The notes beneath the pieces are model-generated. The model saw only the letters and a program-made list of their open reading frames with translations. It was not told where the DNA came from and searched no databases. A DNA stretch of 64,000 bases. Origin: Armatimonadota bacterium. GTDB taxonomy: Bacteria; Armatimonadota; UBA5829; DSUL01. Below are positions 58,814 through 64,000 of the stretch, piece after piece; within the stretch, counting starts at the first letter, position 1, and each line of letters starts with the position of its first letter. Both the position numbers and the translations under genes were made by a program. The stretch is from positions 96,001 to 160,000 of the forward strand of contig JBDHZC010000005.1 of NCBI GenBank assembly GCA_039811685.1, in the 5' to 3' direction.

Positions 58814-59963
58814 TGGGAGCCTTTCCGTAGATGGCGTCCAGTCCAAGGTAAAGCGCTTCGTCCAGCACACTCTGATCTTCGGCTCCGGACTGTTTCATCT
58901 CCTGAATCCGGCGCACAAAGCGCCCTGGCAGGCCTTCAGATGCCGCGGGATCCATCAGCGCGTCAATGTCGTAGTCGGGAACCACCTGGGATGTGTCGCA
59001 GGTGAAGGCATAGAAGCGATCAGTCATGAAGCCCGGTTGCATCTCCAGCGATATCTCCCGAGCTATCCGGCCTGTGAACTGCACATAGAGCAGGTCCCCA
59101 CCGGGGTGTTCCACTGCCGCGTTCTCCACCGCTCCCATGATCTCCGGCAGCCCTTTGCCCGTAACATCCACTGAAAGCTTCCAGAGGCTGCGAGAAGATA
59201 TTGCGCAGAACTCGGCGGTGACGCCAGAAGAGGTTGTTTCGATCAACAGGGCGCCTTTCGGGCCGCATTCATCCAACCCGCGTCCCTGAGGACACCCGCT
59301 ATAGGCGCCCAGAGCCTTCCCGTTCTCATCAGCAAATATCCGGGCGCTGTGATAGTGCCCGGCGGCTATCCAGCTTACCTGCTGGCGCTCCAGGTCTTCG
59401 GTTGTAAACGGGAGAGTGTTGTCTTTCTCAGGCAGGTCCACAGCTTTGTACGAACCGTGCACCATCAGAATGCGCGTGGGAGTTGCCCCGCAGTCCACTT
59501 TCTCAGAAAGCAGGCGCTCTTGAATCTGGGAGGACTGCGTATGGGCAAGCGACGTGACGGAGAATCTCCCGTCCGCGCTGGTGAGCGTCTGAAAGGTGGG
59601 TGAGGTGAAAACGTGGGCGTTTTCCGGCCAGGCTGACTGCGGATAGCGCTGTGCCCACATGGAGTGGTAGGGGCTTCCGGGCCAGAGTGGATCGTGGTTG
59701 CCAGGCGCGATGAAAACCGGAATTGGCGCTATCTCGCGGATGCAGGAAACCGCCCATGACACGTGCTCGGGATGCACGCTTTCGTCGTCAAAGAGATCTC
59801 CTGGAATGAGAACAGCGTCCACAGAGCGCTCTTTGGCCAGCAGCATAGCGCGGCGGAATGTGTCCCGCACGCAGCGAGTCAGCTCTTCGCACTGGGCCGG
59901 GCTCAGCCAGTTCAGGCCGACCCGCGATCCGAGATGAACGTCTGAAACTTGCAGAAACCTCAC
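58803..59963 (-). CDS. Mre11/SbcD-like (YhaO-type) nuclease
   Basis: SDVHLG, PGDLFD, PGNHD, HGS, GHYH, YSGCPQGRG; overlaps the ATPase start. Confidence 0.92.
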   Translation of the reverse strand: MRFLQVSDVHLGSRVGLNWLSPAQCEELTRCVRDTFRRAMLLAKERSVDAVLIPGDLFDDESVHPEHVSWAVSCIREIAPIPVFIAPGNHDPLWPGSPYHSMWAQRYPQSAWPENAHVFTSPTFQTLTSADGRFSVTSLAHTQSSQIQERLLSEKVDCGATPTRILMVHGSYKAVDLPEKDNTLPFTTEDLERQQVSWIAAGHYHSARIFADENGKALGAYSGCPQGRGLDECGPKGALLIETTSSGVTAEFCAISSRSLWKLSVDVTGKGLPEIMGAVENAAVEHPGGDLLYVQFTGRIAREISLEMQPGFMTDRFYAFTCDTSQVVPDYDIDALMDPAASEGLPGRFVRRIQEMKQSGAEDQSVLDEALYLGLDAIYGKAPNAH

Positions 59964-60135
59964 GTGTTCCTCACCCATGGCGCTCACCGGCTGAATACAG
60001 TGCCACGTGCGCAACGCTCACAGAAGCCAGGCAGGAACGCCGCAGCCGGACGCCGACGCTCTATTTTCGGCACTTTGACGCTTATCTTCCAGATGCGAAT
60101 TCCTCACCAGAAACGCACCCGAGACACCTGCCGCG

Positions 60136-61359
60136 CTAGGCTTTCTCCAGTTCAAAAGCCTGGTGCAGCACACGCACCGCCTGCTGAATATCGTCAGAGT
60201 TGATCAATACAGTGATGCGAATCTCGCTTGTTGTGATGGAAAGGATGTTGATTCCAGCCTCAGCAAGCGCGGAGAACATTTTGTCCGCATAGCCCGGGTG
60301 CGAGCGAATGCCCGTGCCGACAATGGAGACCTTGGCCACATCTTCATCCACCGTCACCTCACCGGCGTTCAAGTCCTTGGCGACGGCGGTAGTGACCGCC
60401 AACGCCGTGCCAAAGTCCTCGTCGTTCACGGTGAAGGAGAGATCCGTCACGCCTTTTGAAGAGACGTTTTGCACGATAATGTCAACGCTCACATTCTTCT
60501 CGGCAAGGGCGTGGAAAATGCGGGAGGCTGCGCCGGGAATGTCCGGCACGCTTGCTACAGTAATGCGGTTGGTTTTCGCATCATGCGCAATTCCTCGTAC
60601 CGGATTGCGAATTTCCATCTGCTCGTCTTCATGTCTGATCACTGTACCGGGTGCCTCCGTCTGGCTGTGCGCCACCAAAATCTCAATATCGTATAGCTCA
60701 CCGAGCTCTACCGCGCGCGAGTGCATCACCTTCGCGCCCTGTCCCGCAAGCTCCAACATCTCTTCGTAAGAAACGCTGTCCAGCTTGCGCGCTTCCGGGA
60801 CAATGCGCGGGTCTGTGGTGTAAACGCCCTCGACATCCGTGTATATCTCGCAGCGGTCCGCGTCCAGAGCGCGCGCCACAGCCACAGCGGTAGTGTCCGA
60901 TCCGCCGCGCCCCAGCGTCGTAATGTCAGCCCAACTGGCGTGCTCCGTAATGCCCTGAAATCCCGCGATGACCAGTACGTTGCCCTTGTCCAGCTCGCGG
61001 CGCATGCGTGTTGGGTCAATTTTCGAGATACGCGCTTTGCGATGAACCACTTCCGTGATAATGCCAGCCTGTCCGCCTGTCAGGGACACGGCCTTGCAGC
61101 CAAGTGACTGAAGCGCCATTGTCATCAGAGCGCTTGAGGCTTGCTCGCCTGTTGCCAGCAGCTTGTCCATCTCGCGGGGGTCAGGAGCTGTGCTGAGCTG
61201 TTGCGCGAGAGCGATGAGGTTGTCCGTGGTTTTTCCCATAGCGCTGACCACGATCGCTACATCCGCTTTTTCGCGTGTCCGGGCTACGCGCGTCGCCACC
61301 GCCATTATCCGGTCGGCATCCGCAACCGAGCTGCCCCCGTACTTCTGCACCACAAGCAT
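60136..61359 (-). CDS. lysC: Aspartate kinase
   Basis: QKYGGSSV, LGRGGSDTTA, YTDVEG, two ACT domains. Confidence 0.97.
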   Translation of the reverse strand: MLVVQKYGGSSVADADRIMAVATRVARTREKADVAIVVSAMGKTTDNLIALAQQLSTAPDPREMDKLLATGEQASSALMTMALQSLGCKAVSLTGGQAGIITEVVHRKARISKIDPTRMRRELDKGNVLVIAGFQGITEHASWADITTLGRGGSDTTAVAVARALDADRCEIYTDVEGVYTTDPRIVPEARKLDSVSYEEMLELAGQGAKVMHSRAVELGELYDIEILVAHSQTEAPGTVIRHEDEQMEIRNPVRGIAHDAKTNRITVASVPDIPGAASRIFHALAEKNVSVDIIVQNVSSKGVTDLSFTVNDEDFGTALAVTTAVAKDLNAGEVTVDEDVAKVSIVGTGIRSHPGYADKMFSALAEAGINILSITTSEIRITVLINSDDIQQAVRVLHQAFELEKA

Positions 61360-61437
61360 ACTGAATCTGTCCCTCTAGCGCGTGCTTTTTGCGCCGCCGG
61401 CAATCTTGGAAAACCGTTGGCATTTTAGCACGGACGG

Positions 61438-61833
61438 TCAAGGCCGTCTGAGGGCGCCCGGTAACTGGATGCGGGTCAGTTGTTTGCGTGAAGGATTTAG
61501 CAGGTCCTCCGGCTCTTTCGGCTCATACGCGGCGATGTACCAGGCTACGCCGATGTCCAGGAGAGGAACGATCATCAGCGCGCCAAGCCAGTCCGGCTTG
61601 TCCATGGATCGCGCAATCTCCATCCAGAGAAGCGCCCACACCAGGATGTTTATAACGGGAAGAAGAAGCCCAACAAGCCACAGAAGGTTTTTGTCCGCTA
61701 TCTCGCACACCAGATAGAGCTGGAGAAGGGGAATGAACGCCATCCATTCGTTGTCAGTTGAGGTCTTTGTGGCGACGACGTATATGGGTATGGCAATCGC
61801 CACATAGCTAATGACCAGCCAAATGTACTCCAC
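61438..61833 (-). CDS. Small membrane protein (DUF5684-like)
   Basis: WMAFIP motif, four hydrophobic segments; GGGAGG RBS. Confidence 0.7.
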   Translation of the reverse strand: MEYIWLVISYVAIAIPIYVVATKTSTDNEWMAFIPLLQLYLVCEIADKNLLWLVGLLLPVINILVWALLWMEIARSMDKPDWLGALMIVPLLDIGVAWYIAAYEPKEPEDLLNPSRKQLTRIQLPGALRRP

Positions 61834-61924
61834 AGTAAATACCTCCCTGCAGTCCGCGACAGCGGGCGGCTTGTTCCACTGTAAGCCTTCCAGATATGCC
61901 TGTCAAGCATAGAGGCGCAGGATG

Positions 61925-63022
61925 CTAGTCGAGGTCGAAGAAGCGCTGTAGAATTGCGCTCGCCGTCTCCACCTGTGCCAGTGGAACGCTCTCTCGGTCA
62001 GTGTGCGCCAGAGCTATGTCCCCCGGACCGAAGACAACCGAGGGCAGCCCAGCCGCCGAATAGACGGCGGCGTCAGTCGCGTAGTTTGCGGAGATGCTGG
62101 GGAGCGTGGAGGCGTCTATGAGACGGCGCACAAGAGGCAGGTCTTCGGGAGTCTCCAGCGCAGGGCCCGCCAGATATGGCGCGTGAATTTCCACATCTGA
62201 CGGGAGGTGCGACCGCAACTCATCCAGCAGCGCCTCCTGCGTGTCTCCCGGGAGGCTTCTCACGTCCACATGCGCTGACGCCGAAGCCGGAATCACATTG
62301 GCGGCCTGTCCGCCCTCAATCATATTCACCGAAAGCGTCCGCGTTCCAAGCCCCGCTCTCTCCTCACTCGACCAGCGTTCGGCCTGCTCTTGCAGCGCTG
62401 TGATCGCTGTAGCCAGAGGATAGATAGCGTTGACGCCCAGCTCGGGTGTGGCGGAGTGGCAGCTTTTCCCTTTCGCGCCAAGCACAAAGCGCATAACGCC
62501 CTTGTGCCGGGTGAGGATATGCAAGTGTGTCGGTTCCCCGGCGATCACCAGATCGGCTTTCAGGTGAGTCGCGGCTGCCTGTGAGCCTGCAAAGCCCGCT
62601 TCCTCATCGCAGACGGCGGCAAAGGTCAGGTTGAAGGCGCAGTCACCGCGCCGCGCCGCTTCAAGAAAACTGTGCGCAAAGACCGCCAGACTCGCTTTCG
62701 TGTCGCAGCTTCCACGTCCGAAGATTGTCCCGTCCCGCTCGATCGGGTCAAAAGGATCGCCTTCCCAGTCCTCTGCGGGTACAGTGTCAGTATGCGCGGA
62801 CAGAACCACCGTCTGAGGCTTGCCGAAGTCCAGGTGCGCAAACAGATTTGGCCGTCCCGGAAGGACTTCGCGCAGTTCGCAGTCCAGGCCCGGCTGCTTG
62901 AACAAAGCGCTGAGATACGCGCAGACGTCGGCTTCTCCGTCCGGGCTGAACTCCGGCCTGATACTCGGGCTCACGCTGCGGATAGCGACAAGGTCTTTGA
63001 GGACTGATCTGATATCCTTCAC
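61925..63022 (-). CDS. M20 family metallopeptidase (ArgE/DapE-like)
   Basis: AHTDTV, GRGSCDTK, DEEAG, GEPT, AH. Confidence 0.9.
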   Translation of the reverse strand: MKDIRSVLKDLVAIRSVSPSIRPEFSPDGEADVCAYLSALFKQPGLDCELREVLPGRPNLFAHLDFGKPQTVVLSAHTDTVPAEDWEGDPFDPIERDGTIFGRGSCDTKASLAVFAHSFLEAARRGDCAFNLTFAAVCDEEAGFAGSQAAATHLKADLVIAGEPTHLHILTRHKGVMRFVLGAKGKSCHSATPELGVNAIYPLATAITALQEQAERWSSEERAGLGTRTLSVNMIEGGQAANVIPASASAHVDVRSLPGDTQEALLDELRSHLPSDVEIHAPYLAGPALETPEDLPLVRRLIDASTLPSISANYATDAAVYSAAGLPSVVFGPGDIALAHTDRESVPLAQVETASAILQRFFDLD

Positions 63023-63064
63023 AAGCGCATGTTGCGCCAGCGCGCGCCGGAGCGCAAGGCGTCT

Positions 63065-64000
63065 TTAGGAAGCGGCGCCAACGGCCTGCCGGACACCGGA
63101 GATACCGCGTGTGTTTTTCAGGTGGAGCAGACCCGCGACTAATCCGTCCGAAGGGTCCAGAAGCAGCTTGTAGAGGACCTGCTCAAATTTGTTGAAGCTG
63201 CGCTTTGGCGGCTCGCTCACGCGCCCCGCCACCAGGCTGTATATCTGGACGGTGGACGCGCCGCTCAAAATATAATCCAGCGCGTGCAGCCCGGTGTACA
63301 CGCCTCCGGAGGCGCTGAGTTGCATTTCCGGCAGCGCCTTGCGGAGCAGCCCGATGTCTGATACTACTGTCGCGCGCGACTGCTTGCGAAGGGTATCGAC
63401 GCGCATGGCTGATCGGTGGGCTACGGTCAGGCCGGCCGGTACTCGGGAGGCGCTTTTGATTGCTGAAGCGCAGGCCATGAGTACCATTGAAGAGGTCTGC
63501 AGCTTAGGCCACAACGCCGCTTTGCTCTCGTCAATCAGACTTCCAATAGCGCTCAAAAAAGCCGAAGCCCGCGCAGCCGCTTCTTCCGCGGAAGTCGTGT
63601 CAAAATCTGCCGGCAGCGGTATCTCCAGAACGTCAGACCCCGCCTCGTGAAGCTGTGTAGCTGTGTGTGTCCACTCCTCGCGCAGTGTCTCTCCCTCTCG
63701 CGGAATCTGCCCGAGAAAGGAGCCGATTACCTGCGTTTGACTGGCTCTGACGGCCTCTGCGCAACTGCGTACGAACGCAATGTACTCATCCAGTCTCCGC
63801 GCGTCCAGTCGCCCGTGCCACCGCACAACAGGACGGTTGCGCCGTTTGTCAGAAGGCTCGTACGTGCTCGGTGTTCCGGAGGTCTCCAGCTTTGCCCGCT
63901 GGTCCTCCAGAGAGCTCATGCCCGAGCTGTCCTCAGCAGCCACCGTACGCAGGATTACCGCACCCCATCCAGCCTGCGCCGCCTTTTCAATCTGTGAAAT
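63065..64000 (-). CDS. Dihydroorotate/dihydropyrimidine dehydrogenase-like FMN protein (5' truncated by window edge)
   Basis: Frame is open to the edge: AGWGAVILRTV, WPKL, SASGGV, GASTVQ. Confidence 0.7.
   Translation of the reverse strand: MSQIEKAAQAGWGAVILRTVAAEDSSGMSSLEDQRAKLETSGTPSTYEPSDKRRNRPVVRWHGRLDARRLDEYIAFVRSCAEAVRASQTQVIGSFLGQIPREGETLREEWTHTATQLHEAGSDVLEIPLPADFDTTSAEEAAARASAFLSAIGSLIDESKAALWPKLQTSSMVLMACASAIKSASRVPAGLTVAHRSAMRVDTLRKQSRATVVSDIGLLRKALPEMQLSASGGVYTGLHALDYILSGASTVQIYSLVAGRVSEPPKRSFNKFEQVLYKLLLDPSDGLVAGLLHLKNTRGISGVRQAVGAAS

Overview
A GC-rich bacterial chromosome window with about 55 protein-coding genes. I saw no rRNA, tRNA, CRISPR array, transposase or prophage. The gene style (PEP-CTERM proteins, a DUF1559-type prepilin-like protein, an SIAEAK...FIDDGSG C-terminal domain, a URO-D-like protein, Tat-exported Gfo/Idh/MocA enzymes) suggests Armatimonadota; this is inference only. 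Housekeeping content: glycosyltransferases, a split hldE plus kdsB envelope operon, phosphomannomutase, serS, pepA, ruvA, purEK, acs, an isocitrate dehydrogenase-family gene, sucCD, ggt, pyrG, wzm/wzt, comM, an Mre11/Rad50-like pair and lysC. Main observations: (1) a two-gene unit at 15.5-17.9 kb encodes the same 225-aa secreted domain twice (about 63% identical, no gaps), once ending in a PEP-CTERM signal and once ending at the same point in a ~200-aa domain, which suggests a second, interchangeable surface-anchoring module; (2) an unannotated ~82-nt candidate small RNA at 3004-3085 (-) with a consensus sigma-54 promoter, an anti-Shine-Dalgarno loop and an intrinsic terminator; (3) a deoxyhypusine-synthase-like protein of unknown function coupled to heptose/Kdo genes; (4) a Rad50-like ATPase with a membrane hairpin where the zinc hook normally sits; (5) three exact 10-bp repeats ahead of pyrG. 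All family calls come from motif recognition by eye; no database searches were run.
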